DNA from: a virus | Lineage: Duplodnaviria > Caudoviricetes | Strand: one strand, 5' to 3' | DNA: 38,661 nt | IMG/VR virus record: IMGVR_UViG_3300031953_000059 | Span: 1-38,661 of that record | In this document: piece by piece, positions 8,145 through 17,061 of the stretch | How the letters are laid out: each line of letters begins with the position of its first letter | Position numbering within the stretch: the first letter of the stretch is position 1 | Made by a program: the position numbers and the translations under genes | The notes under the pieces: generated by a model | Told to the model about the DNA's origin: nothing | What the model saw: the letters and a program-made list of their open reading frames with translations, nothing else | Database searches by the model: none

Positions 8145-10181
8145 ATGGCTAAGGGAATCACCATCGACCTGATCGTCGACCCGAAGAAGGCACTTGACGG
8201 CCTGGACCAAGTTCAGGACCGCTCCGGCAAAGTGTCGAACGTTCTGGGGAATCTCGGCAGCGCCGCAGCCGTGGGGGTCGCCGCTCTGGGTACTGCGGCT
8301 ATCGGCGCTGTAGCAGGGCTAACATCTGCGACGAAAAGTGCAGGTGAGTACGCGGAGAATGTCCAGCTCGCTGCCTCGAAGACTCACCTATCTACAGATG
8401 CGGTCCAGGAGCTCCAGTACGCATCGAAGGTCACGGGCGTCGAGTTCGAGACCATCACCGGGTCGCTGACGAAGCTGACACGGGCGATGGGGACGGCGCA
8501 GGATGGCAACAAGACCACCGCTAGCGCATTCGCTGAGCTGGGTGTTGCGACGACTGACGCAAACGGAAACCTCCTCGACTCGACAGTGGTGTACAGCAAC
8601 GTCATCGCCGCGCTCGGTCAGGTCTCTAACCCTGCGGAGCGGGACGTTCTCGCCATGCAGTTGCTTGGGAAGTCGGCTACCGAACTCAATCCGCTGATCG
8701 ACGGGTCGGCAGGTTCCCTAGCTGACCTTGCGGCTCAGGCTCAAGCCGCGGGATCGGTCCTTTCCGGGCCGATGCTCGAAAAGCTGGGCAGCGTAGATGA
8801 CGCGTTTGACGCCCTCAGCGCAGGCGCAGACGCAGCAAAGAATGCTCTCGGTCTCACCCTCATGCCGATCCTGCAGGAACTCGGAGACCAGGGAACGGGT
8901 CTGCTGGGGAAGTTCACCAACGCAGTTTTGGCTGCCGACGGTGACCTTTCTAAAGCTGCCCCGGCGATCGGTGAGGTGTTCGGCGAGGCGGCTTCCTTCC
9001 TGCTCACTCAGATACCGAAGTTCCTTGAGGTAGGCACTTCGATCATCTCCTCGATCCTCAGCGGAATTGCTGAGAAGGCTGGTGATTTGATCACCTCCGC
9101 AGTGCCGGTCATCGCAAACTTCGCTGCCGAACTGTTGGGCCAGCTTCCCATGTTGATTCAGACCGGGTTCAACATCATCGTCGCTCTGCTCGATGGGGTC
9201 ACCAATTCTTTGCCGACCTTGATACCTGCGGTGGTCACAGCAGTGGTCGACTCAATCACCCAACTCTTCGACGCGGGTAACCTCAGCGCACTGCTTGATG
9301 CTGGGCTGGCCCTCCTGACGGGGCTCATCACCGGTATCATTTCAGCGCTTCCCACGTTGATCGCGGCACTGCCGAAGATCATCGTCGGAATCATTACCTT
9401 CTTGGTGAACGCGATACCCGTCCTCATCGAAGCGGGCATCACGTTATTCATGGCTCTAATCGACGCGCTGCCTCAGATCATCATCGGTATCGTGACGGCC
9501 ATTCCGCAGATCATCACCGGCATTATCACCGCCGTGCTCGGCGCTATCCCGAAACTGATTGAGGCTGGCATCAAGCTCTTGATCGCCCTTGTTTCAGCGA
9601 CTCCGACGATCATCATGGAGATCATCAAGGCTGTGCCGCAGATCATCTCTGGTCTTGTGGGCGCGTTCACTAACCCGACCACGATGATGCAGATCGGCAA
9701 TGCTGGGTTGCAGCTCATCCGTGGACTCTGGGAGGGCATCAAGGGTGCCGGCGATTGGCTGTGGAAGCAGATGCAAGGCTTCTTCGGTGGTGTGATCAAG
9801 AACATCAAGAACCTGTTCGGTATCCGCTCACCATCGACCGTGTTCGCTGGCTTCGGCGACTTCATGATCCAGGGCCTCGAGAAGGGTCTTACCGGGCCTA
9901 ACAATCTCGGTTCGATCATGACCGACCTGTCTGATCAGGTGACAGGTGGGTTCCAGGGCTCACTCGCTGCCACTGCTAGGACCACCGTTACTACTGCTGC
10001 ATCCGCGGTAGCACCGGGAGCATCCAGTGATGGCTTCACAGCGGACCCGCAACTGCACACGCTCGTCAGGAACCTCATCACCGCGGTGAGCAGCATTCAG
10101 CCCGGTTGGGTGCTACCTGAGCAGCTTGCTCAAACCAATCAGGTCGGCACTGGCCGACTTGCCGCACTGGGGGCGAGCTGA
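8145..10181 (+). CDS. Tape measure protein
   Basis: 678 aa Ala/Leu/Ile-rich with amphipathic repeats, LFGIRSPS.VF motif. Confidence 0.93.
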   Translation: MAKGITIDLIVDPKKALDGLDQVQDRSGKVSNVLGNLGSAAAVGVAALGTAAIGAVAGLTSATKSAGEYAENVQLAASKTHLSTDAVQELQYASKVTGVEFETITGSLTKLTRAMGTAQDGNKTTASAFAELGVATTDANGNLLDSTVVYSNVIAALGQVSNPAERDVLAMQLLGKSATELNPLIDGSAGSLADLAAQAQAAGSVLSGPMLEKLGSVDDAFDALSAGADAAKNALGLTLMPILQELGDQGTGLLGKFTNAVLAADGDLSKAAPAIGEVFGEAASFLLTQIPKFLEVGTSIISSILSGIAEKAGDLITSAVPVIANFAAELLGQLPMLIQTGFNIIVALLDGVTNSLPTLIPAVVTAVVDSITQLFDAGNLSALLDAGLALLTGLITGIISALPTLIAALPKIIVGIITFLVNAIPVLIEAGITLFMALIDALPQIIIGIVTAIPQIITGIITAVLGAIPKLIEAGIKLLIALVSATPTIIMEIIKAVPQIISGLVGAFTNPTTMMQIGNAGLQLIRGLWEGIKGAGDWLWKQMQGFFGGVIKNIKNLFGIRSPSTVFAGFGDFMIQGLEKGLTGPNNLGSIMTDLSDQVTGGFQGSLAATARTTVTTAASAVAPGASSDGFTADPQLHTLVRNLITAVSSIQPGWVLPEQLAQTNQVGTGRLAALGAS

Positions 10182-11092
10182 TGGCTACCGTCACAAGTCA
10201 CATCTGGTTCGGTTGGACCGATCGCACTGGCGGGTTCTTCCAGTGGGCCCCGGCACCGCTGAAAGGGATCAGCGTCAGCAACGCCGGATACACCGAGGGC
10301 ATGCTTTTCGAGAACGGCGGGCGCACCCGCGCACGCAGCGCTCGCTACTCGAAGGTGTACACAATCACCGCGATCGGTGAGTCCAAAGAAATGGACGGGT
10401 ACTCGGTCTACAACAAGGCCGCATCCGGTTTCTACGGCATCGCCCGCAAGTGGAGGTTCGCGGACTACTACGCCTTTGAGACGAACCTGTTCCCCGCAGG
10501 GTGGAGTGAGCCGGCACGGCGCGAGTCTGACTGGTACAACACGGGATCTAGTGAGCCAACGTTCTCGGACACAGGAGCGACTTCCTACAATCAGCCATCT
10601 CGGAAAGCAACCTTCGCGATCACCACCGCTAGTGGTGCGACCCCGCTCTCAGACTCGAGCATCCCATACGTAGACATTCCTATACCTCCGACGCACACCC
10701 TGCGGTTGGGGTGCAGCGGAGCAAGGACCGGAACGGCAGTGGTACGTGTCGAGAGTTGGGTGAACGATGCGAGCACGCCAGGAGCGACCGCTGACTTGAC
10801 GTTGCTGTCAGAGTCGGGCAGCACGCGGATGAACGCCACTGTTTCGGGAGCCTCCTATAACTGGGCACGCATTTTCTACACCAGGACTTCCTCAGCAGCT
10901 TCCACGGTTACCCCCATATCTCTCATGGCTCAGCTCTGGGCGACCGGTGTGACACCTTCCCTCGTTGGGAATCACATCACTGGCGAGGGACACACTCAGC
11001 TCGAGTTCGCGGATGACGCGATCGTGGAGGACTACGAGTTCATCTACCCGCCGAAGAAAGCGATCTCGACCACTCTGGAGGAGGTCGTCTAG
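10181..11092 (+). CDS. Minor tail protein (distal tail-like)
   Basis: Follows tape measure with TGATG overlap; beta-rich, 303 aa. Confidence 0.7.
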   Translation: MATVTSHIWFGWTDRTGGFFQWAPAPLKGISVSNAGYTEGMLFENGGRTRARSARYSKVYTITAIGESKEMDGYSVYNKAASGFYGIARKWRFADYYAFETNLFPAGWSEPARRESDWYNTGSSEPTFSDTGATSYNQPSRKATFAITTASGATPLSDSSIPYVDIPIPPTHTLRLGCSGARTGTAVVRVESWVNDASTPGATADLTLLSESGSTRMNATVSGASYNWARIFYTRTSSAASTVTPISLMAQLWATGVTPSLVGNHITGEGHTQLEFADDAIVEDYEFIYPPKKAISTTLEEVV

Positions 11093-13293
11093 TGGCAACC
11101 AGGGTGACCCTTAACGGGTCAGGTTCCATCGGAGACATTGAGCCTGGCTGGTCCGTGTCGGAAGACTGCACCCCTGCAGCTTTGGGTGACTCTTCCGGTT
11201 CTGTGGGGTCAGCTTCAGTGGATGCTGCTTCGACTTCCTCGTCGGTGTTCGCGACCGATAACGGCTTCCAACTCACGGACGAGAACCTCGGAGCGTTTTC
11301 CGGCACGGTGGTTGATGCCCGTGTTGCTGGGATACGTGCTTCATTGAGCGTGGCCGGAAGGCTCGACGTTCTGGTTGGCAATCAGACGGTTGGGCCGATC
11401 TGCGGATCAGCGTTCTACGAAGCGGGTGAAGTAACCGCCATTCAGGCAGCTATCAATGCGCAGCATATCCTCGCCCACGCTGACGGCTCTGTTGCCTATC
11501 TCGTGGGCAATGGAACTGATTCCGTTATCTACCATGTTGTAGACGATGAACTGAGTTCCGTGACTGTGACAGGGCTCTCTGGGCCGGCAGGTTTCACCTA
11601 TGACGAGGTGGGTGGTTACTACTACATCGCCGCAACCCTGACCGGCGCTCGACAGATCCACAAGGTTTCCCCGGCTGGTGTCATCGCATGGTCCTCTGGC
11701 TCGAACGGCACCGGCAATGGTCAGTTCGGGACGTTCAGCAATGCGAACATGTTGTACTTCCACCCAGCCTCTAACCAACTATTCGCGGCCGACTACGGAA
11801 ACAATCGAGTCCAGTATTTCAATGCGTCCGGGACGTATGTAGGAAAGTGGGCATATTCACTCGCGTCAGCCCTAACAGGCACCAGCGCAAACATTTACAC
11901 GCAGGATTCGAACTGTCTGGTGACAAGGACGAGTACGACGGGTGGTTCCCCTTCGGCGATTCCCGATCTGCGGGTCTCATACGACGGTAGGGGAATTGCT
12001 GTATCGCATGATGGGCTACGGCTCCTTATCGCATCATCGAACTCATCAGCTACTGAAAGTTCGTTCCTTGATATTCATCGGATCTCTGACCTCGCTCTGA
12101 TCGATACGAGAACCTTTGACGTCGACATTGTGGGCATCGCTGTAGGACCGACCTACACGTATGTCCAACCGCAAGGTAGCCCGCCGCCGACCCCAGCGAC
12201 TCTGCTGTTCGTTTCCGACACAACTCTGCGCGGCGCGTTCTCCTACTACCTGTCCCTTGCAGGCATCAACGATTTCGCCTATGAGGCATCAGCCGATCCG
12301 ACGATTGTTGTGGCCGGGTGGGCGGGTGATATGTGGTCGCGCATCAAGGAGTTGTGTGCCGCTTACAGCGTGCAGATGAGCTGGTTTGGCGGGAAGCCCC
12401 TCGTACGCGATATCGGATCTGTGACGTTAGCGATCGACAACAAGAGTGTGCCGACGGTCGCCCCCTCGAACGTATTCGGCGGTCGTCAGATCAACATCGT
12501 CCACCAGAACCCGAAGGCCGGCGCTCAGACCATGTTCATGGCTGACTCCACCTATTCAGTCGATGTCGGCCAACGCTTGTCGGTGACGGTGCGCACCAAC
12601 AGCTATCCGACCATGCTAAACACCCCCACGGCCACCGATTCCGTCCCTGCGGGCTCGGGTGAATACCATGTGATCGATTCGAACGGGGCGGGGGTTCCTG
12701 CCGCTACGTGGACTGCCGCTGGCGGTAGTGTCATCGCAGTTATCGGGTATGGCGCTGGCGAGATCGATCTGACCTTCACGGGCCCGACCGCAGCTATGGT
12801 CGGCTATACCGGTCCGTTCAAGTTCCTTGAGACAGCGAATGGTGCCGCATCCCTCTCTGTTCGCGGCGAGGGCGTAGTGACACGCCCAGCCACGCTCGAA
12901 CTGCTAACTGGGGCTGACGAAGCTCGCACTACCCAACAGGTCGCGTTCACAGTCGACTCGCCCTTCATCGACACAATCGATCGAGCGTACGACCGTGGCG
13001 TGTGGGCTGCGAAGGAAGCTGCGGGGCCCTCAGTCGAGGTGACGTTCACCGTCCCAACTGATTCCCTCGCAGGATTCGGTGCCACAGGAGGGTCGATCTT
13101 TGAGTATCAGGACTCCAAGTATCGGGTCACCCAGATCAGATATGGGAGGGTCAAGTCCCAGCTCACTGGCACCCGTTATGTGCTGGCTGTCGAATCAGAT
13201 GCGGTGTGGGCTGGTCAGACGCTCGGTGACCGGGACACGTTCTGGGCTGGGTACTCTGCCGGCGACCGCACCATAAAACCTCTCGCGTCCTAA
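11092..13293 (+). CDS. Minor tail / baseplate hub protein with NHL-repeat insert
   Basis: 733 aa; GSNGTGNGQFG and LFAADYGNNRVQYF are NHL-repeat signatures; position. Confidence 0.7.
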   Translation: MATRVTLNGSGSIGDIEPGWSVSEDCTPAALGDSSGSVGSASVDAASTSSSVFATDNGFQLTDENLGAFSGTVVDARVAGIRASLSVAGRLDVLVGNQTVGPICGSAFYEAGEVTAIQAAINAQHILAHADGSVAYLVGNGTDSVIYHVVDDELSSVTVTGLSGPAGFTYDEVGGYYYIAATLTGARQIHKVSPAGVIAWSSGSNGTGNGQFGTFSNANMLYFHPASNQLFAADYGNNRVQYFNASGTYVGKWAYSLASALTGTSANIYTQDSNCLVTRTSTTGGSPSAIPDLRVSYDGRGIAVSHDGLRLLIASSNSSATESSFLDIHRISDLALIDTRTFDVDIVGIAVGPTYTYVQPQGSPPPTPATLLFVSDTTLRGAFSYYLSLAGINDFAYEASADPTIVVAGWAGDMWSRIKELCAAYSVQMSWFGGKPLVRDIGSVTLAIDNKSVPTVAPSNVFGGRQINIVHQNPKAGAQTMFMADSTYSVDVGQRLSVTVRTNSYPTMLNTPTATDSVPAGSGEYHVIDSNGAGVPAATWTAAGGSVIAVIGYGAGEIDLTFTGPTAAMVGYTGPFKFLETANGAASLSVRGEGVVTRPATLELLTGADEARTTQQVAFTVDSPFIDTIDRAYDRGVWAAKEAAGPSVEVTFTVPTDSLAGFGATGGSIFEYQDSKYRVTQIRYGRVKSQLTGTRYVLAVESDAVWAGQTLGDRDTFWAGYSAGDRTIKPLAS

Positions 13294-13311
13294 CCACCCC
13301 CGCTTCTCGAT

Positions 13312-13331
13312 AGCCCCTCACGGGGCTTCTT
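13312..13331 (+). terminator. Possible weak terminator
   Basis: AGCCCC-TCAC-GGGGCT followed by TCTT. Confidence 0.45.
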
Positions 13332-13348
13332 CCATTTAAGGATTCCTA

Positions 13349-13495
13349 GTGGCTGAAATCAAGCCTGTCACCGTGCAGGCCACGGGTGACGACCAGCAGT
13401 GGAAACGCGACGTTGATCGGGCGATAGCTGAGCTCGTCCGCGCTGACGCAGAGAAGCAGTCACAGATCGACTATCTGAAAGGTCTGGTTCCCTGA
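13349..13495 (+). CDS. Small coiled-coil tail-associated protein (not in ORF track)
   Basis: 48 aa MAEIKPVTVQATGDDQQWKRDVDRAIAELVRADAEKQSQIDYLKGLVP; RBS AAGGA; TGATG coupling to next gene. Confidence 0.7.
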   Translation: MAEIKPVTVQATGDDQQWKRDVDRAIAELVRADAEKQSQIDYLKGLVP

Positions 13496-14142
13496 TGCCA
13501 ACGACCAGAGGTATCTACTACCCCGCCACATCTACCGTCGACGGCTATGTCACAGATGTTGCCGCCGTCGCTACATCGATAACCGCCACACGATCTCAAA
13601 TGCACTTCACCTGGGCAGACTCAACCGCCAGGACTGCCGCCACAGGGATGATCATTGATGATTGCGGTTACCAAACCGACACCGGAATCACCTACAGGTA
13701 CAACGGGTCCGCATGGAAAGCATGGGAATCCGACTGGATCACATACACGCCGACTTTGGCCGGGATCACAATCGGCACGGGGGGTAGTGCTGCGTCGGCT
13801 TGGTCATACAAGTACGTTCTGGGCGATATTCGGGTAAAGGGTGGCGCTATCCTGGGCTCTTCGGGGGGTGCTGTTACCGGAGTTCCCACGATCACGATCC
13901 CCGCGAACAGGGTCGCTCTCGTCCACCCTTATGAGGCTACTGCTGGTGGTGCGGTCCTCTATGACACCAGCACAACAACGCCTTACCTCGTCACGGTCGG
14001 GACTGATAACACCAACGTGGATAAGGTGCGCCTCTACCCGCATAACTCGGGAGCAGTCGTGTCAGCGATTTCCGCGACGGTCCCGTTCACTTGGGCTGCC
14101 GGCGATGCAATCACTGTCGACTTCACATACCGGCCCGCCTAA
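13495..14142 (+). CDS. Minor tail protein / tail fibre
   Basis: 215 aa; TDTG.TYRYNGSAW and W..YTPT motifs, C-terminal PFTWAAGD. Confidence 0.7.
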   Translation: MPTTRGIYYPATSTVDGYVTDVAAVATSITATRSQMHFTWADSTARTAATGMIIDDCGYQTDTGITYRYNGSAWKAWESDWITYTPTLAGITIGTGGSAASAWSYKYVLGDIRVKGGAILGSSGGAVTGVPTITIPANRVALVHPYEATAGGAVLYDTSTTTPYLVTVGTDNTNVDKVRLYPHNSGAVVSAISATVPFTWAAGDAITVDFTYRPA

Positions 14143-15008
14143 TGCCTCGCCCGATCCGTGTCCCGTTCACTATCCCTCCGGGTGCCCAGTTCGGTGCGGT
14201 CCGTGCCGGTGGTTTACGTCGCCACGCTGCAACTGATTACCACGTCCCGATTGGCACACCGATCTATGGCACTGGTGATGGTGGCCGGGTGACAGAGATT
14301 GGCTACAACGGCGACGTGTGGGCAGGGCTCGGCCACTACGTCGGCATCACTTACCCTGACGGGTCGACCCGTGACGCGCACATGCAAGCGCGGACACCTC
14401 TGAGAATGGGTGACCCTGTTGGGCCGACTACTCTCGTCGGTTTTGTGGGGTTGACGGGCAACGCGGTCAACGCCTCCCCGCCCGGTTCGCATGACCACCA
14501 CGAGCGCCGCAAACCCAACGGGCTACTGGTGAACCCCGAGGTGTACTACGGGGGTTCCGCAACAGCCAGCAACGGCACCATCACCCCCATCGACGCAGAG
14601 ACAGAGGATCACGACATGCCCGAACTAACCGCCCTGATCTTCAACAACCCTGGCGACAGTGGCAAACCAGAGTGGAACTCCACCGCTGTCATCGACCACA
14701 TCCGCGGGTTCGTGACCACCAGCATCGGTAGCGACTCCCGCGACCTATGGGAGCACGAGAAGAACATTGCCCGCGCTCTGGGGTGGAAGGTGACCGAGGT
14801 TCAGGCGAGCGCCGACATTTGGGGAACCGCCCGCGCCAGATTCACCAGACCCACCACAGCGGTCGATGCGGCAGCGCTCGCCAAATCACTAGCCCCTCTG
14901 CTCAACGATGGCGAAGTGAACGACGGAGACCTTTCGGCGCTCGAACAGAAAGTGCTCGCAGCAATCGGGAACGTACCCGCCGCCACCCGCGCCGCGATCG
15001 TCAAATAA
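14142..15008 (+). CDS. Endolysin, N-terminal M23 peptidase
   Basis: HAATD (HxxxD) and HDH zinc motifs, GTPIY, VG.TGN; likely start ATG 14142 (TAATG overlap). Confidence 0.85.
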   Translation: MPRPIRVPFTIPPGAQFGAVRAGGLRRHAATDYHVPIGTPIYGTGDGGRVTEIGYNGDVWAGLGHYVGITYPDGSTRDAHMQARTPLRMGDPVGPTTLVGFVGLTGNAVNASPPGSHDHHERRKPNGLLVNPEVYYGGSATASNGTITPIDAETEDHDMPELTALIFNNPGDSGKPEWNSTAVIDHIRGFVTTSIGSDSRDLWEHEKNIARALGWKVTEVQASADIWGTARARFTRPTTAVDAAALAKSLAPLLNDGEVNDGDLSALEQKVLAAIGNVPAATRAAIVK

Positions 15009-15039
15009 CGCAGACCTTCGACCGTAGGAGGCCGATCAC

Positions 15040-15351
15040 ATGACAACCGAACCGCAGATGAAACCCCAAGAAACCATCATCTTCATGCTCGGCAAACTCG
15101 ACGGACAAATGGCATCAGTCACCGCAACCGTCACCGCATCATCAGCAGCCCAAGCGTCAGTCAACGCGGAGAACAAGCGGGAACACGAAGAGTTCCGCGC
15201 CACCCTCCAAGAACAAGGGCTCGACATCAACACCCTCAAATCCACCCAACCCGTGAAGGTATCCCCCTGGTCCAAAGCCGGCGTGATCATCGCGCTTCCC
15301 TCATCCGTGGTCGCCCTCATCGGATTCGTCCTCATCTACTTCAACCGCTAA
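15040..15351 (+). CDS. Lysis-cassette membrane protein
   Basis: Coiled coil plus one C-terminal TM segment; RBS AGGAGG. Confidence 0.65.
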   Translation: MTTEPQMKPQETIIFMLGKLDGQMASVTATVTASSAAQASVNAENKREHEEFRATLQEQGLDINTLKSTQPVKVSPWSKAGVIIALPSSVVALIGFVLIYFNR

Positions 15352-15367
15352 ACGAAAGGCACCACCC

Positions 15368-15622
15368 ATGAACATCAGCCCGAAAGTGATCGCCCCCGCG
15401 ATCTTCAACATCATCCTCATCGGAGTCGTCGCAGCCATCGCCGGCATCACCCCCGACCTGCTCGACTTCCTCGGGCCGTGGGCTGGTGTCGCCTACCTTG
15501 GTGTTGCCGCGATCGGCACAGCACTGGCCGGGTACATCAAACGTGACCCTGCTCGAGACACCGAAATCCACGACCCCGAGTTCCAAGTCACCGGTTTTGC
15601 AGACAACGAGCGCGGAGAATGA
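15368..15622 (+). CDS. Holin
   Basis: 84 aa, two TM segments, ISPKV...AGYIKRD pattern, charged C terminus. Confidence 0.75.
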   Translation: MNISPKVIAPAIFNIILIGVVAAIAGITPDLLDFLGPWAGVAYLGVAAIGTALAGYIKRDPARDTEIHDPEFQVTGFADNERGE

Positions 15623-15693
15623 CCGGACCAGGCGACGAATACCACGTCCCCACCGATCCAATGGACGAACTGCAATGCGAGTCCTGCCAATAG
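15619..15693 (+). CDS. 24-aa peptide ending in CESCQ (not in ORF track)
   Basis: MTGPGDEYHVPTDPMDELQCESCQ; ATGA overlap with holin stop; ends just before the terminator. Confidence 0.55.
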   Translation: MTGPGDEYHVPTDPMDELQCESCQ

Positions 15694-15703
15694 ACAACAA
15701 AAC

Positions 15704-15750
15704 AAAAGCGCCGCCCCACCTTCACAAGAGGACGGGGCGGCGCTTTCTTC
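15704..15750. terminator. Bidirectional intrinsic terminator ending the late operon
   Basis: AAAGCGCCGCCCC (15705-15717) / GGGGCGGCGCTTT (15734-15746), between convergent genes. Confidence 0.8.
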
Positions 15751-15756
15751 GTTAAC

Positions 15757-15927
15757 TCACTCCGGTTCGGGTACGAGAGTGAGCGGGGTGACAACGGCAG
15801 ACTCTTTACGGTCCGCCTTGTCCAGGTCATAGAGACGAAACACATCCGGTATGGAAGTGAAGTCACGGTGAACCTGTTCGGGTGCAGGCGTATGCCCGGG
15901 GGGTGGGCTGATGAATGTGTCATCCAT
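15757..15927 (-). CDS. Small hypothetical protein, probably leaderless
   Basis: 56 aa MDDTFISPPPGHTPAPEQ...; minus-strand TATTGT hexamer 6 nt before ATG. Confidence 0.5.
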   Translation of the reverse strand: MDDTFISPPPGHTPAPEQVHRDFTSIPDVFRLYDLDKADRKESAVVTPLTLVPEPE

Positions 15928-16011
15928 ACGACGACAATAGAAGAGCCCAAACCAAATTAATAGTGGTATGGGTACCTCTATCCATCCGCACTGGGATCCT
16001 AGACTTGCCCA

Positions 16012-16770
16012 ATGATCTCGGTTCTCGTCGTTACCTACAACCACGAGCAGTGGATCGACAGGGCACTAGCGTCCGTGCACAGGCAGAGCGGGATCGGCAA
16101 GGTTGAGATAGTAGTTGCCGACGATGCATCGAACGACGACACCCTGCACATGGTGGAGCGTTGGAAGAATCGACTCAACCTTCGCATCCTTCCAACAGAA
16201 CCAAACATGGGCATAACCCGCAACTACCAGCGTGGGTTTGCGGCAACACAAGGCGACTTAGTTGCCGTTCTGGAGGGTGACGACGAATGGTCCCACCCAC
16301 GCAAGTTGAAACGCCAAGCCCGGGCCATGCGAGACAAGAGCCTGAGCATGTGCGCCACCCGCACCTTAATGATCACTAACGGTGGCGAGCAAGAGGAGGT
16401 GCTTCCGTACCCGCTGAGTAGTCGTAGAAGGTTCTCGGCAGAAGAGCTTGCCGGTGGAAACGCGTTCTCCACCTTCTCCGCATGTATGTACCGAAAAACT
16501 GCGCTTGAACACATCAACCCAGAGGTCTATAGCCTGACCGCCTACGACTGGTTGATCAATCTGCTCGTCACCGAAACGGGCGAAGGGCTTCTACTACCCG
16601 AGGTAATGACCACTTACCATCGCCATTCAGCCGGGGTCTGGTCTCAGAAGACTCAAACAGAACGCGATCGACAAGTAATCAATCTCATCCCTCAGTACCA
16701 GCGTTTTCTTCGCCCCTCAGTCGCAGAAGAGGTAGGACGACTCAGGTCATACCTGATTGACAACCTGTAA
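16012..16770 (+). CDS. Glycosyltransferase family 2 (GT-A), moron next to attP
   Basis: ISVLVVTYNHE, IVVADDASND, NMG...NY, LEGDDEW, DW..NL; TAGACT -10 at 16000-16005, 6 nt before ATG. Confidence 0.92.
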   Translation: MISVLVVTYNHEQWIDRALASVHRQSGIGKVEIVVADDASNDDTLHMVERWKNRLNLRILPTEPNMGITRNYQRGFAATQGDLVAVLEGDDEWSHPRKLKRQARAMRDKSLSMCATRTLMITNGGEQEEVLPYPLSSRRRFSAEELAGGNAFSTFSACMYRKTALEHINPEVYSLTAYDWLINLLVTETGEGLLLPEVMTTYHRHSAGVWSQKTQTERDRQVINLIPQYQRFLRPSVAEEVGRLRSYLIDNL

Positions 16771-16792
16771 GACTGCCGGCCTCGCTTATACC

Positions 16793-17048
16793 TGTGGCAG
16801 CGTGCCACACGTTTCTCTCGCTGAGATGCCCTGAGTACCCCATTTTGTCCTGCTAATGGCCGTCAAATAGGGCGAGTTTAGGCACGCTGTGCGGGTTCAA
16901 GTCCCGCATCCGGCACAACAATACGGGCCTGTGACCAGCACTTTTCAGAGAAAACACCCTCTCCCGCTGGCTTATGCCACGTCGTAGTCCCACAAAACCC
17001 TGCAAACGTGGGACAATGGGGTGTGGCAGCGTGCCACAGATGTGGCAG
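16793..17048. repeat. Integrase arm-type sites flanking the attP core
   Basis: Identical 17-mer TGTGGCAGCGTGCCACA at 16793-16809 and 17022-17038, extra TGTGGCAG at 17041-17048. Confidence 0.7.
16889..16916 (+). other. attP common core: 3' end of a host tRNA (probably Leu)
   Basis: T-arm GCGGG-TTCAAGT-CCCGC plus ATCCGGC-A with no matching 5' half; directly upstream of integrase. Confidence 0.8.
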
Positions 17049-17061
17049 AAATGGGGCACCA

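Noticed and set aside
14091-14141. Upstream extensions of ORF-track starts (endolysin 14091; also 6647, 17008, 20672, 23420, 26849, 29713)
   Set aside because: They overlap upstream genes or att sites; downstream starts with RBS or stop/start coupling are more plausible
11092-14142. Diversity-generating retroelement or invertible tail-fibre cassette
   Set aside because: No reverse transcriptase or serine invertase, and no template/variable repeat pair was seen
16855-16916. Complete tRNA gene upstream of integrase
   Set aside because: Only the T-arm and 3' acceptor strand exist; no GCCGGAT 5' strand or D-arm; treated as attP core
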